Assembly: GCA_031549025.1 (NCBI GenBank)
Contig: JAVBQN010000061.1
Location: 6,882 to 70,881, forward strand
Direction of reading: 5' to 3'
Length of the DNA: 64,000 bases
From: Candidatus Adiutrix sp.
GTDB taxonomy: Bacteria; Desulfobacterota; Desulfarculia; Adiutricales; Adiutricaceae
Positions 35,477 to 44,246 of the stretch are shown in pieces; the first letter of the stretch is position 1; every line of letters begins with the position of its first letter. Under the pieces are notes generated by a model that saw nothing but the letters and a program-made list of their open reading frames with translations, did not search any database and had not been told where the DNA came from. The translations under genes were made by a program, and so were the position numbers.

Positions 35477-35518
35477 AACCTCGGGGCGCTCCGTCACCGC
35501 GTACAAAGCCCTTGATTG

Positions 35519-37393
35519 TCAGGGGCTTTCGTTTTCCCGCAGAATGGCCAGGAACAGTTCGTCCAGTTCCCCGGGCCGCAGACGCTCCCGCCGGTCCCAG
35601 GCGGGCGGCGCCGCCTCCAGGCGGGCCAGTTCCTCCTGCACGAGAACGACCACCGAGGCGGGCGGGGACAGGTCCGCCCGTTCCCGGGCCCGGCTTTTCA
35701 ACCGCACCAGGCGGCGCAGGTCGTCCCGCACGGCCGGGTCGTCGACCGTGGCGTTCACCAGGTGGTCGAAACGCATGGGCGCCGGGCCCCGGTCCTGTTC
35801 CAGCCACCTCATGGCCAGGAGGGGGCGGATGATGTAGAACCAGTCCTTGATGCTCCGCCCGCCCGGGGCGGTGGCCTTCAACCGCTGACGCATCATGCTT
35901 TGGTAATTGTGCCAGCTCTTGACCGGCGACAGGGCCCGGGGCGCCAGGTCGCGCAGCCGCTCCCGCAGGCGCCCCGCGTCCCGGTACGCCAGCGGGGACG
36001 ACAGCCATTCCAGCAGGGTGGAATGGCCGTTTTGAAACAGGCGCAGGGCCTTGCGCAGGTCCCAGCCGCTGAGATCGAACAGGCCGTCCCCGGTTTCCTC
36101 CAGGCCGGGTTCGATGACGTCGCGCGGCTCGGTGAGGCGCAGATACCAGTCGCGGGGACGGACGTACACGAACCGGACGTCATAGTCGGAATCGGGCGAG
36201 GCGAAGCCCCAGCCCCGGCTGCCGGATTCGCAGGCGTACAGGATGCGGACCCCGTGTTCGGCCTCGACGGCCGCCAGACGCTGCGCGATGGCCCGGCGGG
36301 CCGCCTCGGGGATGGCGAAGCCGGCCTCGTCGGGCGGGCCGCCGGCCGCTTCGGATTCGACGATTGCGGGGGGAGGCCTGAGCCCGTAGCAGGACAAAAG
36401 GGCCTGCCGGGCGAAGTCCGCATTATGCCGGCCCTGGTGCCGGGCGTTTTGCCTTCGCTCGTCCACCAGCCGCAACCGCTCCAGGATCAACGGTTCCAAT
36501 TCGGGCCAGGCATATCGGCCCTCCTTGATGGCCAGGAGTTCCGCCCGGTTTCGAAGGGGAAACCGCACCCGGCCGGTCTCGAATATCTCCAGCATCTGGT
36601 CCAGCGCCCGAACCGCGTGGGAGAGGGCCTTGAAGTCGAGGCCCTGGTTGGCCTCCGCCTCCCGGGCCCGCTCGCCGTAACGCTCCATCTCCGTCTCGAC
36701 CCGGGCGGCGAATTCGGCCAGCTTCATTCGTCCGGAGAAAAGCTTACCCCCCAGGTTCAGCCCCGGGCGGTCCCGGATCGTTTCCCGGCGGCAGAATCGT
36801 TCGTCGTCGCACAGGGCGGCCAGGGCGTCCAGGTGCGGCTCCAGGCGCTCGTCAGGGGCGGTCGGCCGATCCTCCAGCCAGCGTTGCACCGCCTTCACCG
36901 CGCCCAGGCGGGAGCCTTTGATGCCGTATTTTTTGGCCTGGGACAGGCTGTATTCGGCATAGGCCCGGCTCTCGACCGTATCCAGCAGTTCCAGGGGGGC
37001 GCCGAAGAAGACGTCCAGCCGGGAGTCTTGCCAGATCACGGCCTCGGCGTTGGACGGGGCGAAGATCAGATCCAGGGCCCCGATATCGCCGGCAGCCAGG
37101 AGTTTCAGCCAGTGCCCCACGGACCACAGGTCGATGTCCACGTCTTCGACCTGGTTGCGCCGGTCATTTCCGCCGGTGCTGAAATGGAGGCTTTTCGGGA
37201 CCGGGCCGAGAACCAGGGCGGACGTCTCCGGCAGGAACAGGCCCCGCACATCCAGGTCGGATTTGTCGGATCGCCTGGTGCCGTACAGGTCCGCGCCGAA
37301 CAGGGTCAAAAAGACCAGTTCCGCCCCGTTTTGCCGGCACAGCTCCCGGGCCCGGGCCAGGAGGACCGCCTGGTCGGCTGACATGGTCATCAC
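35519..37393 (-). CDS. Tandem-duplicated PolBeta-type nucleotidyltransferase (two RlaP/YcgL-like domains in one polypeptide)
   Basis: Domain 1 has LFGADLYGTRRSDKSDLDVRGLF. Domain 2 has ACESGSRGWGFASPDSDYDVRFVY. Both carry the G[SA]-x(9-10)-D-x-D minimal NTase signature, and each is followed by a helical region. Alternative starts are at 37390 and 37384. Confidence 0.65.
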   Translation of the reverse strand: MMTMSADQAVLLARARELCRQNGAELVFLTLFGADLYGTRRSDKSDLDVRGLFLPETSALVLGPVPKSLHFSTGGNDRRNQVEDVDIDLWSVGHWLKLLAAGDIGALDLIFAPSNAEAVIWQDSRLDVFFGAPLELLDTVESRAYAEYSLSQAKKYGIKGSRLGAVKAVQRWLEDRPTAPDERLEPHLDALAALCDDERFCRRETIRDRPGLNLGGKLFSGRMKLAEFAARVETEMERYGERAREAEANQGLDFKALSHAVRALDQMLEIFETGRVRFPLRNRAELLAIKEGRYAWPELEPLILERLRLVDERRQNARHQGRHNADFARQALLSCYGLRPPPAIVESEAAGGPPDEAGFAIPEAARRAIAQRLAAVEAEHGVRILYACESGSRGWGFASPDSDYDVRFVYVRPRDWYLRLTEPRDVIEPGLEETGDGLFDLSGWDLRKALRLFQNGHSTLLEWLSSPLAYRDAGRLRERLRDLAPRALSPVKSWHNYQSMMRQRLKATAPGGRSIKDWFYIIRPLLAMRWLEQDRGPAPMRFDHLVNATVDDPAVRDDLRRLVRLKSRARERADLSPPASVVVLVQEELARLEAAPPAWDRRERLRPGELDELFLAILRENESP

Positions 37394-37414
37394 CCCCGCC
37401 GTTCGATTTCACGG

Positions 37415-37440
37415 CCGGGGCCGGCAAACGCCGGCCCCGG
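37415..37440. repeat. Perfect 11-bp GC hairpin in a divergent intergenic region
   Basis: ccggggccggc-aaac-gccggccccgg, located 22 nt upstream of the NTase gene start. No flanking T-tract on either strand. Confidence 0.8.
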
Positions 37441-37717
37441 AACGGATTGAGGGTGTAGTATACCATAATTATACGTAGGTTTGGCGATCGCTCAACGTGC
37501 CTGTGAGACGGTCCTCGTCCAGTTCGATACCAGGCCCGGCCCCCCCCACGGAGGTGCCCGGGCCAAGGCCAGGATGATGACGCAGGAACTGGCCGCCACG
37601 ACCCAGCTTAAAATGTCGCGGCCGAATTTGCCGGGGCCCAGGAGGTGATCCGGGCTCGGGCCCTGTAACCGGACCAGACCGAAGCTTTGACGCGAGGGTC
37701 TCTCGTGCTGGGCTTCT

Positions 37718-38638
37718 GTGACGACGACCGCCGCCGGTCGGGATTGGTGCTCCCTGGCCCTGATCTTGGACGGGCTGGACCTTGAAGCCGTAATCGGCGG
37801 TGATCGCCGGGCGGCGGAGGAGGCCCGAAGCTGTCTGGCCCGGCATCGAAGCCTGGCCGCCAATAAATTGTTTCTCAAGTCCCTGGATGTGGTCATCACT
37901 GAACGGTGTTCTCTGCGGTGCCGGGACTGCTCCAACCTCATGCAATACTATCGCCGGCCGGCTGACTGTGACCCCGAGGCTGTGGTGGCCGAAACGGCCG
38001 CCGTTCTGGATTTGGTGGACGGCCTCGACGAATTGCGGGTTATCGGGGGGGAGCCTTTGCGGCATCCCGGCTGGCCCCGGATCGTGGAAGGCCTCCTGGA
38101 GCTTCCGGTGGGGCGGATCACGGTCTATTCCAACGGGACCCTTGATCCCGGCCCCGTCTTTCGGCCCGGCCCGGCTCACGAGCGGCTGTTCTTCATGTTC
38201 ACCGACTACGGCCCGTTGTCGCGTCATTTGTCGACCATCGCCGCCCGTTTTGACCGGGAGGGGGTCCGTTACCGTATCGAGCCTGTGGAAAGCTGGACCG
38301 ACTGTGCCGCTATCGGACCTCGGCGCCGTTCCCCCGAAGCGGCCCGGACCGTTCTGGGCGAATGCTGTGCCCGAAATTTGACCACGCTTTTGCGAGGCGC
38401 TTTGTATCGTTGTCCCTTTTTGGCCCACGCCATGAATCTCCAGGCTATCCCTCGGCTGGAGAAAGACCGCGTCCGGCTGTCCGGCCAGGATCGGGGGGCC
38501 GCCAGGGCCGCCCTGGCCGAGATGTTGACCAGGGACGTACTGGCCTCCTGTGATTATTGCCCCGGCCGATCCTTTGCGGCCGACCCTATTGTCCCGGCCG
38601 TCCAGATTCGGGAACCGAGACCTTATGCCGAAGTGTGA
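37718..38638 (+). CDS. Radical SAM enzyme (small, twitch/SPASM-like C-terminus)
   Basis: GTG start. VVITERCSLRCRDCSN (CX3CX2C), VIGGEPLRHP and C-terminal cysteines CCARN...YRCPF...SCDYCPG. The overlapping minus-strand ORF 37469..38746 is an RPG-rich shadow ORF. Confidence 0.8.
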   Translation: MTTTAAGRDWCSLALILDGLDLEAVIGGDRRAAEEARSCLARHRSLAANKLFLKSLDVVITERCSLRCRDCSNLMQYYRRPADCDPEAVVAETAAVLDLVDGLDELRVIGGEPLRHPGWPRIVEGLLELPVGRITVYSNGTLDPGPVFRPGPAHERLFFMFTDYGPLSRHLSTIAARFDREGVRYRIEPVESWTDCAAIGPRRRSPEAARTVLGECCARNLTTLLRGALYRCPFLAHAMNLQAIPRLEKDRVRLSGQDRGAARAALAEMLTRDVLASCDYCPGRSFAADPIVPAVQIREPRPYAEV

Positions 38639-38653
38639 CCGGCCGAGTCGCCG

Positions 38654-39733
38654 ATGGAAAGGGTGGCCATGCCCCTGATCAGCGTCGTGATTCCCGTCTA
38701 CAATGCCCAAAGCTATTTGGAGCGCTGCTTCCGCAGTCTCGAACATCAGACCGTGTCGGATCTGGAAGTCATTTTGGTGGACGATGGTTCGACGGACTCG
38801 AGTTTACCCCTGGCCCGGGATCAGGCCCGGCGGGACTCCCGTTTCCGGGCCCTGGCCCGACCCCACCAGGGCCAGTCCGCGGCCCGTAACGCCGGGCTGG
38901 GTGAAGCCGCGGGCGAATACGTCTTCTTCATGGATGCTGACGACGAGTTGCCTCCCGGAGCCCTTGAGGCCCTGCTCCGGGGTCGGGAACGATCCGGGGC
39001 TGATCTGGTGCTGGGCGACTACCGATGGTTTTTTTATGACGGCCGGGGGACTGTGGCGACTTGGAGGGATCGGGAGCGTCTGGTGTCCGGGGCTGATGCC
39101 CTGGAGGACATTTTTGTTGATTTCCTTGGTAATATTAAGAATATGAGGAACTTTTACACCGTTTGGGGCAAGCTCTACCGTCGAGATCTCCTCAACGAGC
39201 GAAACATCCGTTTTGATGAAACTTTGGCCGCGGCCGAGGATAATCTTTTCGTCTTTCAATACCTGGCTGCCTGCCGGTCCATATTGTACATCAAGGATGT
39301 GGTCTATATCTACTACCATCGGGACAACAGCTTCGCCTCCGCCCGGCTCTACCAGAACCACACCTTCGACTTCAAAAAGCCCTATGCTTTTCTGTGCGGC
39401 CATCTTCTCAGCCGGGGGCATCCCCGGGCTTTGGCCCTTCATGGCAACGCCCTGGCTGAACAAGCCCTGGTCGGATCCTTTCACATTACCCGGCGGGCGA
39501 ACTGGCTGAGCTTCAGAAGTTTGGCCGAGGCCCGGCAAAAAATCGCCCGTCTCTGGGCTGACGAAGAAATCCATCGCGGTCTTCTGTACTATCGGGCCAC
39601 GGTCGATGACAACTTTTTTTTCATTCCCGGCCTGGCCGCGAAGCGGCAGATCCGGCGTCTGATGCTGGCCTTTAAACTGCAAATTATGTTGAAGGCCTTC
39701 TTCAAACCGGCCGGGAAGGAGTCCCGTCCATGA
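38654..39733 (+). CDS. Glycosyltransferase family 2
   Basis: ISVVIPVYNAQSYLERC, VILVDDGSTD, ARNAGL and FFMDADDEL (DxD). An alternative start is at 38669. Confidence 0.9.
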   Translation: MERVAMPLISVVIPVYNAQSYLERCFRSLEHQTVSDLEVILVDDGSTDSSLPLARDQARRDSRFRALARPHQGQSAARNAGLGEAAGEYVFFMDADDELPPGALEALLRGRERSGADLVLGDYRWFFYDGRGTVATWRDRERLVSGADALEDIFVDFLGNIKNMRNFYTVWGKLYRRDLLNERNIRFDETLAAAEDNLFVFQYLAACRSILYIKDVVYIYYHRDNSFASARLYQNHTFDFKKPYAFLCGHLLSRGHPRALALHGNALAEQALVGSFHITRRANWLSFRSLAEARQKIARLWADEEIHRGLLYYRATVDDNFFFIPGLAAKRQIRRLMLAFKLQIMLKAFFKPAGKESRP

Positions 39734-40797
39734 GTGACCGTTTCGCTATTGATGGACATAAGCTGCACCTGCACCCGGAACGGGTGGCCGCCTGGTTGTC
39801 CGGCCGGGATATTGCCCCGATCTATGTTGAGATCAGTTCATCCGGGGCCTGTAACCACCGCTGTCGGTTCTGTAGTCTGGACTTCATGGGCTATCAGAAA
39901 CGCTTTCTGCCAAAGGAATTGCTTTCGCGGCGGCTTTTGGAGATGGGGGCGGCCGGGGTCAAAGCCGTCATGTATGCCGGCGATGGCGAGCCGCTGCTGC
40001 ATCCCGATATGCCCGCCTTGACCGTGGCCGCCAAGGAGGCCGGCCTGGATGTGGCGTTTACGACCAACGGGGTCTTTCTGTCTCCGGATAAAGCGGGGAT
40101 CATGCTGCCGCATACCAGTTGGATCAAGATCAGCTGCAACGCCGGGACGCCTGGAACCTACGCCGGAATCCACGGCTGCCGGGCTGAAGACTTCGGGACT
40201 GTGCTCGATAACGCGGCCCGGGCCGTGCGCCTGCGGGATCAGAGGCGGGGGGGCTGCGCCATCGGTTTTCAACTGGTGCTGTTGCCGGAGAATCAGGCCG
40301 AGGCCGTGACCCTGGCCCGGCTCGTTCGCGATTTGGGGGCCGACTATCTGGTGATCAAGCCGCACTCCCAGCACCGTTTGAGCGGGAAGACCGCCTACCG
40401 GGATCTGCGCTACGGGGAATGCGAACCTCTGGCGGAGGAATTGGCCGCCTTGGACACGCCATCGTTTAAAACCGTTTTCCGCCGGGAGGCCATGCGGCGG
40501 CGCGATGCTGGCCGGGCCTCCTACGAACGGTGTCTGGCCTTGCCCTTCTGGGCTTATGTGGACGGCGGCGGCCAGGTCTGGACCTGCAGCCGTCATATGG
40601 GCGAGAAGGATTTCCTGTGCGGGAACCTCCTGGATTCACCCATGTCCGAAATATTCGGTGAAGCGCGGCGGGCGGGAATACGCCGTTGCGCGGAGACTTT
40701 GGATATTGCCGACTGCCATGTGGATTGCCGCATGGATGCCATCAACGCCTGGCTCTGGGAACTGGCCCGCCCGGGGCCGCATGTGAATTTCATCTGA
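39730..40797 (+). CDS. Radical SAM enzyme (SPASM/twitch-like C-terminus), paralogue-like to 43152..44216
   Basis: SSSGACNHRCRFCS (CX3CX2C), YAGDGEPLLHP, FTTNG and C-terminal CLALPFWAYVDGGGQVWTCS...CGNL...CHVDC. 4-nt overlap with the GT2 stop. Confidence 0.85.
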   Translation: MSDRFAIDGHKLHLHPERVAAWLSGRDIAPIYVEISSSGACNHRCRFCSLDFMGYQKRFLPKELLSRRLLEMGAAGVKAVMYAGDGEPLLHPDMPALTVAAKEAGLDVAFTTNGVFLSPDKAGIMLPHTSWIKISCNAGTPGTYAGIHGCRAEDFGTVLDNAARAVRLRDQRRGGCAIGFQLVLLPENQAEAVTLARLVRDLGADYLVIKPHSQHRLSGKTAYRDLRYGECEPLAEELAALDTPSFKTVFRREAMRRRDAGRASYERCLALPFWAYVDGGGQVWTCSRHMGEKDFLCGNLLDSPMSEIFGEARRAGIRRCAETLDIADCHVDCRMDAINAWLWELARPGPHVNFI

Positions 40798-40804
40798 GGC
40801 CGGC

Positions 40805-41413
40805 ATGATCATCGGTCTTGACTTGGATAACACCCTCATCTGCTATGACAGGCTTTTTCATCGCCTGGCCCGGGAACGGAGCCTCATCGGGCCCGTGGTG
40901 CCGGCTCGGAAAGTCCCGGTCCGCGATGCTATCCGGGCCGTCCACGGGGATGAAGCCTGGCAGGAACTCCAGGGGCTGGCCTACGGACCCCGGCTGTCTG
41001 AGGCCGAACTGTTTCCCGGCGCCCGGGAGGCCCTGACCGGTTGGCGGGCGGCCGGGTGGCGGCCGATCGTCATCAGCCATAAAACCCGGTGTCCGGCCCG
41101 GGGCGACTGGGAACTTAGAGCCGCGGCCTTGGTCTTTCTGGAGCGCGGGGGTCTGGTCCCCGATCTTATTGCCGGGGGCGACGTCTTTTTCACCGACGAT
41201 CTGGCGGCTAAAGTCCGGCTGGTGGGCGAACTGGGTTGCCGGGCCATGATCGACGACCTGCCGGAAGTTTTCCGGCACCCGTTGTTCCCGGCCGGAGTCG
41301 CCCGTCTGTGGTTCGACCCCGGCCTGGCCTCCCCTCCGGAACCCGGCCTGACCGTTTGCGGTGGCTGGGCTGATCTCGACCAGGAGATACGAAACTGTGC
41401 CTTCCGTTCTTGA
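40805..41413 (+). CDS. HAD-superfamily hydrolase (sugar-phosphate phosphatase candidate)
   Basis: MIIGLDLDNTL (DxDxT), VISHKT and MIDDLPEV. Confidence 0.7.
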   Translation: MIIGLDLDNTLICYDRLFHRLARERSLIGPVVPARKVPVRDAIRAVHGDEAWQELQGLAYGPRLSEAELFPGAREALTGWRAAGWRPIVISHKTRCPARGDWELRAAALVFLERGGLVPDLIAGGDVFFTDDLAAKVRLVGELGCRAMIDDLPEVFRHPLFPAGVARLWFDPGLASPPEPGLTVCGGWADLDQEIRNCAFRS

Positions 41414-42212
41414 CCATCGTTCCCGGCGGCTGCGTCGGGTCATGCTGGACGCCCTGTACCACGGCGGCCGGGGCCACCTGCCCTCGGCCTGTTCCTGCGT
41501 CGAAATTCTGCGGGTCCTGTACGATTCCGTGCTGCGGGTGAGCCCCGAAGAACCGGATCGGCCCGGGGACGACCACTTCATCCTGTCCAAGGGGCACGGC
41601 TGTCTGGCCCTGTATGTCCTTTTGGCGGAAAAGGGCTTTTTCCCGGCGGCGGAACTGGGCGGCTTCTGCGCCTTTGATTCGCTTCTGGGCGGGCATCCCG
41701 ACCGCCGCATCCCGGGCGTGGCCGCCTCCAGCGGCAGCCTGGGCCATGGGCCGGCCGTGGGCGTGGGGTTGGCCCAGGCCGCCCGCCTAGACGGCCTTGA
41801 TTCCCGGGTTTTCGTCCTCTGCGGCGACGGGGAGACGGACGAGGGCAGCGTCTGGGAGGCCCTCTTGATGGCGGCCAAGCACCGGCTGGACCGTTTCAGC
41901 CTGATAGTGGATTACAACCGGATGCAATCCTGGGACGCGGTGGCCGAAATCCTGCCCCTGGAACCGTATGCCGACAAGTTCCGGGCCTTTGGCGCGGCCG
42001 TGCGGGAAGTGGACGGCCACGACCCGGCAGCCCTTTTGGCGGCCTTTGAAAGCCTGCCCTTCGAACCGGGCCGGCCTTCGGTATTGGTGGCCCACACGGT
42101 CAAGGGCCGGGGCTTTCCCAGCCTGGAAAACAACCTGGCCTGGCACCACCGCTCCCGGGTGACCGAGGCGGAATATCAAGCCCTGATGGCCGAACTGGAG
42201 AGCCGATCATGA
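41397..42212 (+). CDS. Transketolase, N-terminal (ThDP/PP-binding) subunit
   Basis: GTG at 41397 preceded by AGGAGA. GGRGHLPSACSCVEIL, ILSKGHGCLALY, SGSLGHG and CGDGETDEGSVWEA (GDG-x-NE-like ThDP motif). Confidence 0.88.
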   Translation: MPSVLDHRSRRLRRVMLDALYHGGRGHLPSACSCVEILRVLYDSVLRVSPEEPDRPGDDHFILSKGHGCLALYVLLAEKGFFPAAELGGFCAFDSLLGGHPDRRIPGVAASSGSLGHGPAVGVGLAQAARLDGLDSRVFVLCGDGETDEGSVWEALLMAAKHRLDRFSLIVDYNRMQSWDAVAEILPLEPYADKFRAFGAAVREVDGHDPAALLAAFESLPFEPGRPSVLVAHTVKGRGFPSLENNLAWHHRSRVTEAEYQALMAELESRS

Positions 42213-43150
42213 GAAAAACCGCTCTGAACGGCGCTCTGGAACTGGCCCGGCGCGACCCCCGGGTCTGCCTCATCGCCTCGGACCTGGGCTTCGGCTCCCT
42301 GGACGACTTCCGGGCCGAAATGCCGGATCGTCTGTTCCGCGAGGGCATCAGCGAACAGGCCATCCTCGGCCAGGCCGCGGGCCTGGCCCTGGGCGGCAAG
42401 ATCGTCTACGTCAACGCCATAGCCGCCTTCCTGGTCCGTCGGGCCCTGGAGCAGCTCATCCTGGATCTGGGCCTCAACCAGGCTCGGGTGCGGCTTATCG
42501 GTTCCGGCGGCGGCCTGGTCTATGCCCCCCTGGGGCCCACCCACCTGGCCGTGGAGGATTTGGCTTTGCTGCGCCCCGTTCCGGGTCTGACCATCCTCAC
42601 CCCGGGCGACGCCGGGGAAATGGCCCAGCTTCTGCCCCAGACCCTGGAGTTGGACGGCCCGGTCTACATCCGCCTGGCCAAGGGCGGGGACCCTGACTTC
42701 AGTTCCGGCGGGGAACCCCGGCGACTGGGTCGGGCTGTGCGGCTCCTGGGCGTTTCCGGGGCTCTGGACATCCTTTTCGTCACCTGTGGGATAACCGCTC
42801 AAATGGCCTTGGGCGCGGCGGCCGAACTGCGGGCCGAGGGCCGGGCTGTGGAGGCGCTCCACTGCCACACCTTCAAGCCTCTTGACGAGGAGGCCGTGCT
42901 GGAGGCCGCCGGCCGGGCCCGGCTGGTGGTCACTGTCGAGGAGCACGTGCGATACGGCGGCCTGGGCTCGGCGGTGGCCGAGCTTCTGGCCGAGTCCGGC
43001 GCCCCGTCCCGCCCCCGTCTGATCCGGGCGGCCCTGCCGGACGCCTTTTTTCACGAACATGGTTCCCAGAACCAGATTCTGCGCCACCACGGATTGTCGG
43101 CCGAAAACCTGGCCCGTCTGGTCCGGGAAGCGCCCGAAGTCGGAGCCTGA
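42209..43150 (+). CDS. Transketolase, C-terminal (Pyr/TKC) subunit
   Basis: FREGISEQAILGQAAGLALGG, GPTHLAVEDLALLRPVPGLTIL and YIRL. 4-nt overlap with the N-terminal subunit gene. Confidence 0.88.
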   Translation: MRKTALNGALELARRDPRVCLIASDLGFGSLDDFRAEMPDRLFREGISEQAILGQAAGLALGGKIVYVNAIAAFLVRRALEQLILDLGLNQARVRLIGSGGGLVYAPLGPTHLAVEDLALLRPVPGLTILTPGDAGEMAQLLPQTLELDGPVYIRLAKGGDPDFSSGGEPRRLGRAVRLLGVSGALDILFVTCGITAQMALGAAAELRAEGRAVEALHCHTFKPLDEEAVLEAAGRARLVVTVEEHVRYGGLGSAVAELLAESGAPSRPRLIRAALPDAFFHEHGSQNQILRHHGLSAENLARLVREAPEVGA

Positions 43151-43151
43151 C

Positions 43152-44216
43152 ATGGGGCTGCTCTATTCCCAACTGAAAATGTTCCGTTTCCCGGAAAAAC
43201 TGGCCAGCCTTCCGGCCGGCCGGCCCATGGCCCCGCCGCTCCATATCCGGCTGAAGCCCACCAACGCCTGCAATCACCACTGCCACTACTGCGCCTATCG
43301 CCAGCCCGGGCTCCAGCTCGGCCAGGACATGCGGGTGGCCGACACCATCGGCCGCGATAAAATGCTGGAAATCGCCCGCGACCTGGTGGGCATGGGAGTT
43401 AAGGCCGTGACCTACAGCGGGGGCGGGGAGCCGCTGATGTACCCCCACCTTCTGGAGGCCTCGCGGATTCTGGCCGAGGGCGGGGTGCGGCTGGCCTGCC
43501 TGACCAATGGCAGCCGCCTGCGCGGGGAAGCGGCCGAGTTCTTCGCCCACCGGGCCACTTGGCTGCGAGTCTCCATGGACGGCTGGGACGATGAGTCCTA
43601 TACCCGCTTCCGGGGCGTGCCGGAGGGGGAATACGGCCGGATCATGAACAATCTGGCCGCGTTCGCCAAGCTCGGCGGCCCCTGCGCCCTGGGGGTTTTC
43701 TACGCCGTCCACGCCCACAACTGGCGGCCCCTGCCCGAGGTGCTGGCTCGGCTGAAATCGGCCGGGGTGCGGGCCGTGAAGGTTTCGGGCATCGTGGTTT
43801 CCAACCGCGGGAGCGAGAACGACGCCTACCACGCCCCTCATTTCGAGGCCGTGCGGGAGCTTCTGGCCCGGGCCCGGGCCGATCTGGCGGACGACCGATT
43901 TGAAATCCAGGACGCCTGGCATAATCAGGGTGACAGGTTCGCCAAGGAGTATCACTGGTGCCCCTATTCCCAGGTTCTGGCCGTCATCGGGGCTGATCTG
44001 GGAGTCTACCCCTGCCAGGACAAGGCCTACAACGACCAGGCCCGGCTTGGGGACCTTGGCGCCCAATCTTTTTGGGAGTTCTGGGAAAATAACAAAGCGG
44101 CTTTTTTCCGTCTCGATCCGGCCCGGGATTGCGGTCATCATTGCGTGTCCAACGCGCGCAACCGGCTTTTGCTTGAATACCTGGATCTTGATCCCGAACA
44201 CGGATTCTTCATTTGA
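43152..44216 (+). CDS. Radical SAM enzyme (SPASM/twitch-like C-terminus)
   Basis: The ATG is 1 nt after the transketolase stop. KPTNACNHHCHYCA (CX3CX2C), YSGGGEPLMYP, LTNG and C-terminal WCPYSQVLAVIGADLGVYPC...CGHHC. Confidence 0.85.
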   Translation: MGLLYSQLKMFRFPEKLASLPAGRPMAPPLHIRLKPTNACNHHCHYCAYRQPGLQLGQDMRVADTIGRDKMLEIARDLVGMGVKAVTYSGGGEPLMYPHLLEASRILAEGGVRLACLTNGSRLRGEAAEFFAHRATWLRVSMDGWDDESYTRFRGVPEGEYGRIMNNLAAFAKLGGPCALGVFYAVHAHNWRPLPEVLARLKSAGVRAVKVSGIVVSNRGSENDAYHAPHFEAVRELLARARADLADDRFEIQDAWHNQGDRFAKEYHWCPYSQVLAVIGADLGVYPCQDKAYNDQARLGDLGAQSFWEFWENNKAAFFRLDPARDCGHHCVSNARNRLLLEYLDLDPEHGFFI

Positions 44217-44246
44217 CCGTCACAGCGAATCAGGGAGAAAAGCGGC

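Noticed and set aside
37469-38746. 425-aa minus-strand ORF overlapping the first radical SAM gene
   Set aside because: It is a Gly/Pro/Arg-rich translation without motifs. The plus frame carries CX3CX2C and GGEPL motifs.
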